Shown piece after piece: positions 37,501 through 53,206 of a DNA stretch of 64,000 nucleotides. The translations under genes were made by a program, and so were the position numbers. Origin of the DNA: Lingula anatina (lineage: Eukaryota; Animalia; Brachiopoda). The stretch covers positions 17,612,848 through 17,676,847 of the forward strand of contig CM120643.1 in the NCBI GenBank assembly GCA_051362555.1, written 5' to 3'. Below the pieces are notes generated by a model that saw nothing but the letters and a program-made list of their open reading frames with translations, made no database searches and had not been told where the DNA came from. The number at the start of each line of letters is the position of its first letter. Within the stretch, counting starts at the first letter, position 1.

Positions 37501-40500
37501 TTGTCATCCCTACATGCTCATTGCATCTTGGTTGTAGTTGTTGACGAATTCGAATGTTTGACACCATGCAAACAAGAACTGCACCAGTTTCTTGTATGTG
37601 TGACTCATTGATTAATGCATTTGTGTCCTAATATCGTGCCACACATATATGCGTGACCACTATAACTCCACCCCAACTCGCTGCATGCACTCGGTACTTT
37701 CCTTCTGAGGGCTGGGAAGTCGCCCCATCGATCTACGTTATGTAAGTTTATTAGGACGGAAAACATATTGCATGGTACGATAAGAACCAACAAGCCAGCG
37801 CTAATAACAGTGGGTTTAGATTACTGCCCGTTCTGTGTCTGATGATTGCTGTACGCCTTCTGCATATGTCATTTATCAATCCGACCATTTATCTAGCCGC
37901 GCTAGGCTATAAACTGCTCAAATCTGAAAGGGCGTGTTTACACAAGCGATTTCTCAGTTCGACCAAGAGACGGTTTAGACTTGGTTCAGTGTGTGTGAAA
38001 GGGTGTGTCTGGGCTTATAAAGTCCAAACCTGTAATTCTTTCACCTTTACTTACTGTTAACAAACAGGCCATTATCATATCAACCGATGGGGTGAATCTG
38101 TATATTTTGGCTGATTAAGGTCTATGTAACAGATATGTATATAGCCTACTATACCTTAGGACGTACTGTACCTTATACTGTAGGTTACATTTGGTTTCCA
38201 GCGATTTTGGAAACAATTTGTCTTTCAATTATCAAAAAGGGATATAATGGGACTGGTTAGTCCAAGGACATGTCTTTGAGTAGTGAATGATGCGTTTTAA
38301 AAGATCTCTTCTAGCCAGGACAGCAGCTTCGATGACATGCATGGTAGCCTGTTCACGTGTTGTGGAATGTGCTGGGATGAGGCCTATGACAGTTTCTTTT
38401 TTTCAATTCAAGATTTAAACTTTAAAACAATACAGTGTACCAACGCGATTTAGGGTTTGTTGAGATTAAATCTGAAAGTCTGAACTTTGTTTTTAGGTTT
38501 CGAGTGGTAATGATGAGTTCAAATTGTTTCTGGTAAGGAACTACATGTTAGATTCGTTCAAATGTGTCAACATGTTGTTCGGTGTGTCGATGATATTCTC
38601 AAACTATGGCATCCCTGCTCGGTGACAAGTGGCCAATCTCTATTGCCTGCAAACCGCTTTGGTTTCGAGTTCAGTTCAATTCAAACATGATCTTGGACCA
38701 GCAGTTTGTTTATGGAACAAGACTATTTTCTGCACCTGTGTTATACTGTGCGTCATTGTATTCAGTGGCGATTCTTCAGCCTCCAAACCACATCCTTTTT
38801 ATCTTACAATGATGCCGGTTATGTGGAGCAATGTTGCGTGTGCTTTTGCAGTCTGAATTCGTCTTTCATTGCTACCATCTTTACTCATATACAGTGCTCC
38901 TCGTTTTGGATGTCTTTTGTTTTCAGAAGTTATTCTAGTACATCGATAACATGATAAACAATTGTTCTGTAAATTCCTTGTGTAAATATGACGGTCGCCA
39001 CAATGCTGTTTATTGAATCCCATAACGCGAGCCTAAAAAGCACCAATTCCATTACATGGTCATATAACCGTTTATATTGTTTTCACCTAACAGTTAATAG
39101 AACAGCACGATTCCCTTGATAAAACTCCTCAATTTGGATTCTTGTGTTATTAGCAAGGAGACGAAAAGGAAACAAAGAAGATTTAGTGAACTTATTAGAT
39201 AAGTGAATAAGAAGAGTGGGCCAAAGCGGATCCCGGGGGCGGCGGGGCTACGCCCCCCTTTTTTCCAAAGACAAATGCGATCATTCACCACATCCCTAAC
39301 TCTACCAATGAAAACAAACCCAGCCGCCCACGTAACCGTATTTTCATATTTCATTGAGAGAAGGATGGGGGTAAAGAAACTGAAGGATAAACATTCTCCC
39401 TTCTCCCCATAATATCCTGGCTTAAAGTTTTAACACATACATTTGTACTCTGCTCTATACATTGGTAGAGCAAAAAAATTGAATTTTTCTGGAAGTTTTA
39501 GGAATTTTCCTTTGACCACTAGAATGTATTTTCATCCCAAGTCGCCCAGAAAAGTAAACCTTGGTCCTATTTTCGAGTTTCTAATTTTTAGATGATAACC
39601 GTTTCGGCGACCTTCATCTCCATTGCCAGAGTGGATGAAATATTAAAAACTTAAAACTCGGCGTGGTTGTGGATGTGGCGTATCCTGGCGATCAAGGAGA
39701 AGTTGAAGAATGTTTCAAGAATATTACTTTTTGCTGTATAAAAGTCTCGCTCATTGTATGGCATGTGACCCCAGTACTCATTTTCCTATCGTCACCTGTT
39801 ATATTGTTTTGCTGCCAGGATAAATCAATACGACCTCGGTAATTGGAAAGAATGACACCTAAATTAAGACATGTTGACATTATGAAGAACATGACAAAAC
39901 ATTTCATTTTCTGGGTTAAGCACGCCATTTTCATTCATCCAATTAAAGTGCACAGCAGTTGGCTCAGAATCGAAAACAGTAAATGTTTGTGTCCCGCTTA
40001 TAGAACTGACCAAATGGCCTGTTTAATAGCACCACACACTTTGATATTTCCCTTGCGTGTCAGAACACTTAAATAGAGTGTTAAACGCGGATACCAAACT
40101 CAACAACTGCAGCGTCACAAATTAAGACGCAATACTGCGGCGTTATACACCGGTATCAAATTCAACTCTTAGGAACACTGGTAGAATATTGGAATTTCTT
40201 ACAACGAGAAAGACAATATACCGAAAACAATACCGAAAACACGATAGACTCTAGTTAGACCTTTAAAAACCAATGTATCTCTATCCAACAGACGGTGTAT
40301 TTTTCACATTTCAATTCCCCATCATTCGGGTTGAGTTGAATCTGTAGATTTAGGCCTGATTTTTAGGTATGATGGATCCCAAAAGTGCATCCACTGATTA
40401 GAAGGGGAATGAAATGTGTAATCATCCTCGAATACCCCTTTTTTCTATTTGAAGAATTTATGTATTAATTCATTCATTATTCTTTTTTGTTTATTCCATT

Positions 40501-41434
40501 GTCTGTTTATTTGTCCATTGAGTTATTTTCATTCTGTGCTCGAATCACTTCAGAGGAAACCCGGGCATCCAGTTTTTCTCATAAAACGTATTCGTTGTAT
40601 GCAAATCACAAAGGTATATGAGATACATTAATAGCCAGAGATAAAGCCGAGATAAAAGGGGTTGATAAAAGCATGCTTAAATAAAAACGAAATCGAACAA
40701 GCCAAACCTTTTATTCAGCAAGGTGTGTGTACGTAGATTATACCTCCCAGTTGGGCACGATGGGACTTGGGTTTAAACCACAAGGATTAGAGAATGTATT
40801 TCCATAGGAGAAAGCTATACAGAAAATTCCCCATATTTTTTTATAAATTTTGTAGCAGCGTTTGGGAGGAAAGGGGGGGGGGCAGGGAAGTGCCCTTATT
40901 CTCGATGTCCTGGTTCCGCTAAATATTTTCATTTACGTTTTACTGTTAGTTCTACTGTTAGCGAATGTAACGAGACAATAGTACCTTGACCTTAAATGTT
41001 CAATCTGTAATGCAGTGTCATCTAACGTTGAACAATATTTCCTATCAATTTAAGGTTAAGAAGTATCTACTTAAACATACTTCTGGTGACATACCAAAGG
41101 CAGTTAAGTGTAAAATGGCAGTTTTGGTGAATTGATAGAATTAACATCAAGGAAAATGCCCGAAGGGTGTTAATCAAAATGTTTTGCAGTTACAATGGTA
41201 TATACTACATGTACCTGTATCTACATCCGGAGGGAAACATTTTAAAATTAATGCTTCATTCTCTATAATTTTCCCCGCTGCCTTTTTAAGTTCAATACGC
41301 TATGTGTAATACCTTATCGACTAAAACAATCAGGATCAAGACAATCTGATACCTATGGTTTTATCTTGGCTTTTACCTGGTATGAAAGAATAGTGAGTTT
41401 GAATCACATTGCTTGCAATTTTGATACTCTCGAG

Positions 41435-41601
41435 CAGGGGCGGATTGAGGCCGTCTTCTGGGTCTTCCAGAAGACTGTCAGATTTGTAAGTTTCCATTGA
41501 CGGATGACTAATTTTTCTGTCGGAAGACGGTCAAAATTGGAGGATGGATCAACAAAGATAATTTGGAAGACTGTCAGAAAATATCTCTGGATCCGCCCCT
41601 G
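41435..41601. mobile_element. MITE with CAGGGGCGGAT TIRs and 5-bp TSD
   Basis: CAGGGGCGGATTGAG ... CTGGATCCGCCCCTG; TCGAG at 41430-41434 and 41602-41606; internal repeated GAAGAC(T/G)GTCA motifs. Confidence 0.8.
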
Positions 41602-44600
41602 TCGAGGTCCAAAAAGTCGTGGAACCTGTGGAAGGACATGCATACCCGAGGCCCATTACAGGGTCAAGACTTTAGAGAACACTTCATCCCGCCATTCCCC
41701 CGCGTATTTCATGGCTGTATACATGTTATACGTTTTTAAAACGTATAATGATATCTATATACTTTAAAATGACATTAGTAATTGTTTCAAATATCTAATC
41801 CTTTCTGTTGTTCTCAAGTAACCATCACACCTACGGCATGATAACTGATTAAGCAGAAACAATTGTCAACACAATGTGTTAATCAGAGATACGTGCAATT
41901 CCCAACACACGACTAAGTGTTTTTAATGTCTCTGTCAGGACAATTAAATATATTCAAAAGGTGATTAAAGGTTATTGTATTAGCACCTACATGCATTATT
42001 CTGCACTTTTATCGACCCTCTTAGTTACTAATTCTAACACTTACGTAATGGCCGCTATTAAGTCAGAAAGCTGCCATTATCGCCTCGGAATCGCCGTACT
42101 GGATATAGATGAACCTCGAGAGCAATGATAACACTGGGTTTTGATCGACTGTTTAATTTACCTTCGAGATGGAGTCAGGTTTCTGACTTTTTCTTGTCCA
42201 GACGTGGGAGTAAATGTTTGGTAGGAGCTTTAAGTTCACATCGTGTATAAGTGCGCACAATATGGAACACGAAACCAAATGAACCCATGTATATATTTTT
42301 TTCTTTAAAAAATTACGCTAGATTTTAATTATTACACTGATTAGATAAACAAAAAATGGATTGTTTCATGTATATTAGCACTTGATGCTTGGCCCTTAAT
42401 CCATCACCCCCCTGCCCCCCCCCCCCCCTCACACACACACATACACCTCTTTGCGCACATACAATTCATCTGCGCATGTCAATAAATCATTAACTTGATA
42501 TACTATTTCAACTTAAAATAACACAAAACAGTTTCAGCCTACCCTAGATTTCCTTCAAACCTACTCCTCTCTGCTCCCCCGCGCGGTTTCCAATCTTGAT
42601 CCACGTTCATTGAAAAAAAAAGTCAATTACTTCACCATAAGAGCCCGGCTTATCTCTCACGTATTCGGAGCAAGGACCTATTGATCCTACCTCGTATGTA
42701 CTCACATGTTACATGACTTACGCGGCGGGTCACTGTTTCTGGGCGGTGATTAAAAACACATTTACTGATAACACTAAGTTGACGGTACGTACTGTTGGTA
42801 AAATAATGGCAAAATTGTGGTAGTAGCTTTGCTGGTCTGCCACGCATGCCAAGCATGACATAGCTGTGTCTGATTATTTTGTAAAGCCTGTATATGTATT
42901 TTTTGCTGTAAAAGTTTTTTCCATCCTGTATTCTATGATGATGGTAAATAGTAAACTTGATTTTCTACCCATAAGTCATTAATGCAAGGAAAACTCTATC
43001 AGGAACGGCCGAGACGACCTGAATCATAAATAGAAAACGTGTTAAATCTCTCAAGAACGAATAATTTTCTATCACACCATATATTGTCCCCATACTTCGT
43101 CATTTTCATAATATTTTCCTTTCACTCTCTCTCACTTGACCACAGTGCACGCGCCAGGCACGATAGGTCTCAATCAGATATCTTGTTCATAAAAACATTT
43201 CAAATAACAAAAAACCTAAATTGCCCTGTCTGAGGAGGAATATTTTTAGCTAATTTTCTGGTCCCTTGGCCTTGTGTAATTTATTATCGTAACTACCAAG
43301 TGCACCAACAATAAAGTAAATAAGACATGAAATAAGACATTAAAGCCATTAATATCGATTCCCGTAAGAATATATTTCAGACTTGAATGTCAATAGATAT
43401 ATACATCTATTACCTATCATATTGTAATAGCAGTATTCGAAATAAAGACAAAATTGGTAGGAACCCTTCCCCCTCATAACTCAGTCATTCAGCTGGGAAT
43501 AAGGCTCATAAAACATATATTACCTAATCTATCTTCTCAATATTTTGATTCCATTCATGAATAGGATTGGGCAAACAAATCACTTGTTTTTAATGTTTTT
43601 TGATATCAATCTATTCAATACTTACATCAGAGACACCCTGAGTTTCAGATGAAACAAGAGATGGTGAGTGTCTTCTGAAGCTCATGGTGCTAAAAATGAA
43701 CTCATCTTGAACGTTTTAGTTGTTTTCTTCACATTCAAAGCTTGCAAGAAGCTGAATAATTCATCTGTATTTCATGGAAAATATTATATCGTACTCTTCA
43801 TGTCCACTGCTCAAGGCAAAAATATTTGTCATTACGTATTCCCAATCTAAATATGCCTTGTGACTAAAATACATAATATACATGTAAAGAGCACGTTTTG
43901 GATTTTTAGTGTGTTTGATTATTTTTGTCTGTTCTTTTTTTTTTCGTTTTTGTATTCTTTTCGCAAAACAACACCTTACACAATTCAGCTCGTACTCTGA
44001 CTAAAGCACAAATTCTCAATATTCATTGACATAAGTACTCTTCATTCGTCATATATTTCCTTAACAGTTAAAAGTAAGACTGTCTGTACGCCGTTCTTTT
44101 AATCTTTGGGGGACAAAAAATTGGAAGGCTGCAAAAAGGCATGAGGGAAGGGAAAAAGTGTCGCATGAAGTTCCCGTTTGTCTAAAGCGTGTGGGTATTC
44201 GGCGATTCCACGTAGTCGCGCAACTCACTGACAGTGAATGTCAGATACAGTCAATATCAAAACACCCAGCACCAGATGGCTTAATTAAATGAATAGGCCT
44301 AACAGGTCGTGAATAATTAAAGTAACATTCATTTTTCGCTTGAACTTTATATGCTGGGCAATTCCATGCAGATGGTAGTTTTCATTCTGGTTTTCGTCAA
44401 GCAAGATGTTCAGATACCTGCTGTTGTATAAAAGTCACTGTATGATGTGGTTATTTATTGTGACAAAACCAGGCACTTTACGTAAACATGTTGTGTTAAG
44501 GAATATCACGCAATAAAAGCTTATGTTCGAAATCCCAAAGGAAATATAATGACACTTAATTTTAAGCACCTGTTTTGACAGTGCGTCCTCTCGTTTCAAC

Positions 44601-47600
44601 CGTTAAAGTACACTTATGTAAGTAAAAACAAGACTAAAGCAAATGCTATTTTTTGCATACCAATTCCAAGCCAGCTGTCAATTGTAAAAAATTCATCCAA
44701 AACACAAAAAATATAAAACATAATGGAATTTTGGTCACAAAAGTACACTAAGTATCACGTGTATGCAGTTAGATCAAGCAAGCCATCAGTAACGCTTCCG
44801 TGACGGCGTGTATTTGGCACATGCCAACCCCCAATTCATTGAAAGTTTTTTCATTGAAAGTATCACGCTAAATATTTATCTCAAATTTGATCACAGAAAT
44901 CATACTAAACAAAGGAGCAGGATAGTATCAATTCAAGGCAATTTTCGCCGTTTGCCAGCTGGTTCGCCTGCCACCAGTATATACATATGCGATTATTAAA
45001 CTTTGATTTGGCTCTGCTTCCAACGTTGACATGGGCTGTTTCAAGATGTCACAGAGACATACACGCAGCGCTTTATTTGCCTTTCGCCTACGCGACTCTT
45101 CGGGTGGCAGAAGGCCTGGAAACGAACTAATCCAGTCCCCTGGCGATATTACTGATTTCCTCTTTGATCGGCCATCCTCGTATCCGCATTAAATCCCCGG
45201 CAGCACGGGAAAACGCTGCGTTGAGTGCAAAAGCTATGCACATAACGAAATTACACCGGCCCACGCCGATATGCTCTACAATAATGGGTTAATAGTGCAT
45301 ATTACTTGATGAGCACCTTGGGACTAATTCTACATTGACCTTGGAGAGTGACCGATACAAAAAGAGTCACAAACCCACATCAAAGATGTACAAAGCATAG
45401 AAATTCTTTTTTAAACACACTGTAAACGTAAGCAACAAATAGCGTGCGTTTGCTCAAGAATAAATGTCATATTTAGTTTAATGGAGCCTCTGGAGAAGAT
45501 TTTCCGCCTAACTTAAACAACGGCAAAGAAGGATATATACAAAACTTAGGGCCTGTTTTACAAAACGCCCAAAAGTCAGTTTTGGGAATAATATCTTGAC
45601 TTAGTTGTTGCAGTTCACTGAGAATCTCAAAGGCCGACCGGTCTCTTTTTTTTATTATCTAAGCCTCTTGAGCAAATTTTAATTGTCTCGACGTAGATTT
45701 TCCACTTTTAGCAATGATAGTAACCCTTTTAGGTATGCTCCATTCATCTTGATGTACGTGTATCCTAAGCCAATATCTCAAAGTCGGCTTTGTGTTGTCG
45801 GCAATATGATTTTAACGGTCTAACTTAGCTCAAGAACATATAAATTTATTTGTTTATTTATTTTGCGGAACATCTCCCTGGCATCACCTTTATAAGCAAC
45901 GTGATTGCGCTTTCATAATATGCCTGACATCGTGCGCTCGAAAAACAATATGGCTAATAACGAAAATGGACAATTTGTGAACTCTGAAAAGTCCCTCGGA
46001 GCTTCCGATTTGCACTGTGGTTCTCCGAAATCAGGGACTATATATCTGAATTATCCTAACCGATACTCTAATTACATTCTGCTTGAATTAACTGTCGTTA
46101 GATATCGGAAACAAATGCCCGTTTACGATCCTTTCACTCCGAACAGAGCAGGATGCGAACCTGGATCGAGCAAAGAAGGTCCCATTTGGCCCCTGGGAAA
46201 CTTGACAATTTTAGGCGGCTCTGAAATATCCAAAATGGCCGTCAAATTCCATGAAAAAATACACACCCGTACATATAAAAATCGTTGGTATTGGTCCATG
46301 CCACGTACTGCTTCAGCCCATGTATGCACTAGAAACTTCTATGTAGGAACCCCTTTTCTGTTTGGAATTGTTTATGTATCAACAGCAGCAGGAACAATAG
46401 GGAGGTTTCCGAGAACAAATCATTTCCATTGTTGAGTACGTTTTCCCAGGAGACATATTTTTTCCATTAATGTAAAACGTTTATTCAAATTTATCTGAAA
46501 AATTAAGACATTTTCTCCAGATCAGCCCGGGATTCCTAATATATTTTGATGTGAGGAAATTATGTGAACGAATTGGTAAAAAAAGCAGAAAGGAAATGTC
46601 ACACAAAGTTTAGAAAATCACACCCTGGTACAGTCTACATGTGAATTCACCCCTAATGTAGTGAAGCAATCCCAAGGTCGTTTTTACCTCATTTAAAAAT
46701 GAACTATAAACTACTGGTGTACTATCAAGAGTAGGCCCAACTGTGAATTAAAAATGGTGACTATTTTTCTGTGCTTTATATAAAAGATTTATATAAAAGC
46801 TCCATATTTCATTTGATTCTTATTTAGCCTGGTTCAGATTTACCGTGTATAATATTGGGATAAAAGTTTAAGTAAGATACTGGAATGCATTGTGTGTTTT
46901 AATCTAACGTCTAAAGCCTCTATAGCCATACAAAGTAATTTTTCCCAAAATTGAAAGCTGCAAGAAAGCTAAGTAATTAGCCAATTATCCTTACCCCATA
47001 AAATACCAGACTGTTTTTGGTTGAGAAAAGGAACGTGGCGAATATACTGCAATTAGTCATTTGCTGTAATACGGCTCATATTTCATTCGTTGACAATGGT
47101 GGGTTGGTTTTCATAATTCAAAGAATATCATAATGTTTAGATAGGTTTAATGAATTGCTTGTCTGCTTTTTCAAGAAACTGGAGACAGAAATAACATAAC
47201 AAGTATATCATTCCTAGACTGTAATTGCTCATTGTCTATTGCGCAAATTCTTTTGCCCGAGATCTCGTCGTGACTTTTTTTGTTGTTGTTTTCTTGTGTA
47301 GGAAAGGCAAAATAAGAGAAGATCTACTGCAAATATAAAATATATAAAAACTGAACTTTATACAAGCATGTGAAAAACATCAGTCATTATATGCTAAGAC
47401 AGAACATCTCCGTTTAAATGCACAGCGGTTTTTTTTTTTTTTTTGCAAGCTACTGAAACTTGAAAGTGGAAATCTCGGCTTTGGATTTAGCCTTGTTTAG
47501 ACGTGCCGTAAGGTCGTTTCAGTGCATCACCTAACCAACCGACACCCCCATATTCCCGTTCATTCAAAGCTAATTAATACTCTATGACAAATTTTACCTT

Positions 47601-50600
47601 TATGTGGCGGTTGTCATCTTTGACGGCTGCCAGCTGCTCATTTCTCTAACATGATATCTTGAAAAATAGATAATTATAGATGAATGTGGAAAAGGGGGCG
47701 CGTTTACAAATTGTGTTATAAAGATAAGAATGTGTTATGAAAATTAGATTGCATAATTGCCTGCGGGGTTCTTGTGAAAAAATAGCCCTTAAAGTACAAT
47801 CTCTGCTCAGTCTATGCCACGTGACCTGTTTTGAACACCTGTCAGAGACCAGTGTAACATTTCGTTCTCTTAATCAATTTCCTTCTTACGACTATTTCTC
47901 AGACAAGGAAATGTAACGAAACTACCTCTTGTGTCATTTAGTGTCAGGGCAATTGCTTGCCCTTGTCACTCCCGTGTCAGGTTGACCAAATCGAATTAAG
48001 ACGGAACTTGTCTGAACTTTAAGATAAGTTCATAGTAGTGCACTTTAATAAAGTTAGGCTTGGTCTGAAAGAACAGAAGCAACATTTCATTACGTTGCTT
48101 TAAAATTTAAAAGCACTTTCTGGGCTAAATATTAATATTATTATTCTTTTAATTTCCACTTTTTAAATTATCATTTTTGGTGAAACAGGCCATCCGACTC
48201 CACCAGCCTTGTTGGCAATTAATTCATTACAGTTTCTTAAAAGATGTAAAGCCATTCCTTGCATAAAATGATAGAACTTGCTCTAAGGCCATCTTCATCT
48301 GTGAGTGTCGAGCAATAAAAAGATTAAGTGCGCTTGGATCAAAATATCTGCCGTTTGTGCGACAATTGGGAACTCAATAGAAAAAAAAAACAGTTTTGTA
48401 AGACACGCATTTCTTCTTTATTCAAAAATCTGAAACATTGTTTGACAGCTTTGTTGACATAAATATATCCCGGTTAAAGCTATGCATGGAATGACAAATG
48501 ATCAAGGAAGTACACAAATTGTAGGAAGTGAGGAGCCCTAAGTCCACTTTTAGTGGACAGCGAATGACATTTTTCCGTCCTCTCTTCTCTAATGCTTGGT
48601 GACAAAATGTTTACTCAATACTGCTGGGAATCGCTCTCATCGTTCACGGCACTATCATTAATACAACTATTTAAGAAAACTCATTACCAAAGACTGAGTT
48701 GACTTCTTTTATGGTCACTTACGGTTAGATTGATGATGGGAAACTGGGAAATTTGGTCAAAAAAGATCGCGACTCAGTAATGTTTCAAAATATATATGTG
48801 CTTAACTGGGCTGTATGTTCCTCGAAATAAAACTAAGACAATTATATACATGCGTTTGATTTTTTTGTACTATATATATTTGGTATTTTTCCTAGGCATT
48901 TAGGATGTCGCTCTTGACAAATAGAATTGTATCAAGGAAAAATGAAAGTTGGCATTAAGTTAAAATCCAGGTACATGTAGTATTGCCGAAGATTGAAGAC
49001 CTATTGCAAGAAAGGTTATATTCTGTATTTGCTAAGGAAATCGGCCGCCATCTTGGATATCGCTAGCTGCTCAATTTTTACTTTTTGGCAACTGGCATTG
49101 ATTTGTTCTGGAGCCCCGGGATATCTTAATTAAAAAAAAGGAATAATACCCCCTGGTTCGAATACTGGAGGTTTATTTCTCTCGGTTATTGCAGGATATA
49201 AAAATAACCTTAGCCATCATCTGTTTCAGTTGAAGATGTTACTCTAATTATTGGTCTCATTAGTTGATATTTGTTTTAAAATTGGCAAAATTTGCCTTAA
49301 GTCTAAACAATAAGCTTGTGTCTCCTTCTCATTATTAGGATAAGAGCGTGTTACCTGTCATATAAATATATTTACAACGCAATATTGACATGATCTATTT
49401 TTGCCATTCTGACCACCAACTGGTTATCACAGACTTCAGGGCAATTCATTTTCTTCTCATTAACAGAAAAATGAAGCTTATGAGCGAGCTACTTCTGGGA
49501 CATGTAACACGTAAGGTACATCGGCGGCATCTAACTCATACAATGAGACTTGTGAAATTTGCTTTGTGATGCCTTGGCACTATTATGGAACATTCCTGTG
49601 AGCCACGCACACGGGAAAGAATTAATAAGACGATTCGTGTTGAAGAGCTGTCGCTAACACCAGGAATTCTAAGTAAATGTGAACCGAATTATATTCTATA
49701 ACTTATTCGTGCATCTTTATTTCTTAACACAATGCTTCGACTTGAACTGGATCTTTTCCTGTCAAACGTCAGACATATCATCCTTTAAAATATTGAAAAG
49801 TGAATGCATCGCTTGAACAAAAGATACAGACGTAGAAAACAATGTGTACAGTAAAAAAAGATGTCTTCTTTGAACATTACACTTTCTTCGAGGAAAAGAC
49901 AATTAATTTAGACCCTGCGTCCCTGTCATTCTATTCGACATATTTGAGCTATCAGTTGCGTTAAATCAATTATCTGACAATGTGTCGCTACTAACTTTAC
50001 TGACAACGAGACAACTGACAGTGATTCGTGTAGCAGGACGATTAGCGTCTCCTTTATTTAGGTATTGTTAACAGCAAGTGTTAACGAACTCTCAGCGCCT
50101 ACACAGTTCCAGTGAGCTACTTTTTCTTAACGGCTCGTTTATTCAAGTCAGGTGGTTTGATCTTTTTCCGAATCCGGCTTGAACCGATTACATGTAAAGC
50201 AATTAGTTATAAGTGTTCTCAATTGATTATCCAGCAAGACTTGCCTAATGTGGTCTGCGACTACAAAGGCAATGAAAATTCCTGGCTTGTTTTGATAGAT
50301 TCTATAGATTTAAATAGGCCAAAGACGTTTTGACCACACACTAACTCCGGCTGTTTAGATGATAGGGTGCACCAAGAGCGCTTCAGGGCACATCCAAATA
50401 CCACAGAGTGTAAACTTCCTCTCTGAAGCACGTTTGAAGCGCGCCAGGAAAAGGGCCATATTATGTCCAGTGTAAATCCGGCTTTCCATCATTTGTCAGC
50501 CACCGTCAGCTCTAGTGTGTTTCAATTTTTCTACATTTCCTTGTGAGTCGACAGTTTTCTGATAAGAACAGTTAATTAAGGTATATCTTACAACCTTGAG

Positions 50601-51381
50601 AACACCGTCAATTACAGTATGAGCAGAGAAGCTGCTGCATCTAGAGATCTGAATTCTATTTAAACGACGGTCTCTTGACGATGGAGCGCCACGGAGTGAA
50701 ATGTACACTTAATCTAGCAGAAGTCGAATGCACGCGGTGGGGAAAAACGTTTTTTTTTTTTCAAAAATATATAAATTGGAATATGCTCTTGAATCTGGAA
50801 ATATTACCAGAAATCATGCCGACTAAGAAAAACTGTCTTACAGCTTTGTGAATATTGCCGTCGCCCTCATAGAATATCAGAATCTGCTAATGAATTTTTC
50901 TGCTGGCTTTTCTTAACACTTCTCATTGCCACCGACAAAGTAACCAATGATAAAATGTTTAAGACCACTTTTCTTAAAGATACTCTATACGGGATTTTAC
51001 CGACAAAATGAATTTTCCTCGGGATAAAAACAATTTACTTCTACCCACGAATCGATGCTCTTCCCTTTCCTTCCTTACACTTGAAGTCCAATGTGTTTAT
51101 TTTGTTCTTAATTTTATAATTTAGTTCTAAATGACTGGCCAGTAATTTACAACACCATGCCTTCCAGTACGCTTCAGAAGAAAAAAATCGAAATAAGGTA
51201 CCTTTACTTGATGGGTTTTATAGATATCATGCAAGGTCCGAATTGGGAAAGTACCTATGCAACATTGTAGTCATATAAGGCGTGACTAAGGGTATATAGG
51301 CTACAATTGCGTACAGTATACTGGTACCTTTAAATTGGCAAAAAATATTATGTTAAAATTAGATTCTGGAAAGGAGCCAGT

Positions 51382-51610
51382 ATGTGTCTCATTTAACGCT
51401 CACTTACGGTTCTCAGTCTGTCTAGAACATAACGTTTTTCTCTTTTAATGAAAAATATTTTTAATCTGTTCTAGGACAATTTGAAGGACTTCCCAAAAAA
51501 GTTCATTCAGGTACATTCATTAAAGAACAACATTAGAACTGTAAAAAAAAAATACACCGAATGTTCTAGAATAGACTGAGAACCGTAAGTGAACGTTAAA
51601 TGAGACACAT
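51382..51610. mobile_element. MITE with about 50-bp TIRs, RGK intron 1
   Basis: ATGTGTCTCATTTAACGCTCACTTACGGTTCTCAGTCTGTCTAGAACAT (51382-51430) pairs with 51561-51610 with few mismatches; TSD unclear. Confidence 0.75.
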
Positions 51611-53123
51611 TTTCGCAGGGGCACAGCAGGCCATTAAAGAAGAAAAAGAGCCTCACTTTTGACAGTGAAATGCTTTTGTACGACATAAATCTCGTAATGA
51701 ACAAGCTTTTGAACGCACCGAGACCGTCCGTCGCTCTGAAAGAAATCGAGAGTTTTATCCTCCAGAGCCACCTGCATCAGTTGATTAATTTGTCCTTTTT
51801 GAGGCTTAACCTTAACCTAAACTTGCCTCGGCTTTATTCTGAACTATACATTTCGTAACAATTGTCATTTATTGCTGTTTGTGGCTAGAGCAGCCGGAGA
51901 AAATACAATCCCCATCCCATAGCTGTCTCCTACGGGTGGGAATGTTCGATGATGCAAAACCAATGCAAAAACCTATAAGCTATGTTTTATTACTAAATGG
52001 GTTAATATCCTTTATTCAAGCTGCTTTGTTATTGAAAGCAACGTGTGTGCGGCTGTCTTTCAGGTATTTATGATGGACAGGCTTTTATCTTAACGACGAG
52101 CTGATACCTCCGTAATGAGCTAAATGCGTCTTTGTAAGAGGAAAAAAGCTATCGGGTTCACCTTGCACTGAAAAAAATCAATACAATGTCAGTGTAGTTT
52201 TCCTTCAGCTTATACAAGCAACGGACATATACAAAAGGCTTGGGGCACACATTATACCGACACCTGAAAGCTAAAAAGATATGATTTTACTGAAGATGAG
52301 TTTTATTCGTGTGATGATTGCAAACTCGGATACGTATGTTAGTGTTCACAAGTTAATGTGTAGTTTATGGTCGTGCAGGAATTGCGCGCTTGTGTTAACT
52401 TATCCTAGCTACTCCAAGGGCCTCTTCCCTCTCTTCTCCTCCCAGGCGTCAGCACTTGGTCTTTATAGCAAAAGAGAATACCAAAAATTACGATGGCTTT
52501 CTCGAAATCTCACTTTAAAGGGATGGATTTCGTGCCAGTTTTGCCGTCTTTACTAAGAAAAGCACCTCCTTCTGTAATTGATGGTCATTTCCTCAGATTC
52601 TGATTGTTTTATCTTTGCTCATTTCTTGATGATTCAGCTTCTGTTTACGACTATTCGCTTTTTTTCAACGCATTAGAAGGCCCATAGGATATGTACCTGA
52701 TAGACTAATTAAAATGGTACTTGAGAATGACTTCCTGGGAAATCTTTGAGTTCAGATGAGACACGTTTGTGGAAATGATCAATGCAATGACGTTGCTCTG
52801 ATATGCAGAATCCGATAATTTTAGTAGATGTAGGTAAAAACATAGACGCACTTCACAAACACGCAACTTTAAAAGGTGCCCAAGGCACATGCTCTTCCTG
52901 GAATACCTTAAGTGTATCACCCCAAACACACGCGCGCGCGCACACATACTCACACGCACATGCATATACTGGTACCCTTGACGGTATGCTCGCTAAACTC
53001 TTTCACGATCACACATACACCCCCCCCCCCACACACACACACACACAAACACACACAAACATGAAAACACTGTCCTTATATTGAACAAGGACCCTAACAT
53101 CTGTCATGTTTTCTTTTCTTCAG

Positions 53124-53206
53124 ATGAAGACGAAGAAAAGTCGGTGTCCGTATTATTGGACGGAGAAGAATCGGAAATGGTGCTAATGGACCCAATGAAT
53201 GAACAG
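53124..53206 (+). CDS. RGK: RGK-family GTPase, coding exon 2 (DEDEEKSVSVLLDGEESEMVLMDPMNEQ)
   Basis: Not in the ORF track. Acceptor TTTTCTTTTCTTCAG, donor CAG|GTATAA; 83 nt joins phase 1 to phase 0; VSVLLDGEESE is typical of RGK beta2-beta3. Confidence 0.92.

Noticed and set aside
45905-46435. 176-aa ORF in RGK intron 1 as a nested gene
   Set aside because: TTG start, no recognisable domain and no convincing splice context; looks like non-coding repeat sequence.
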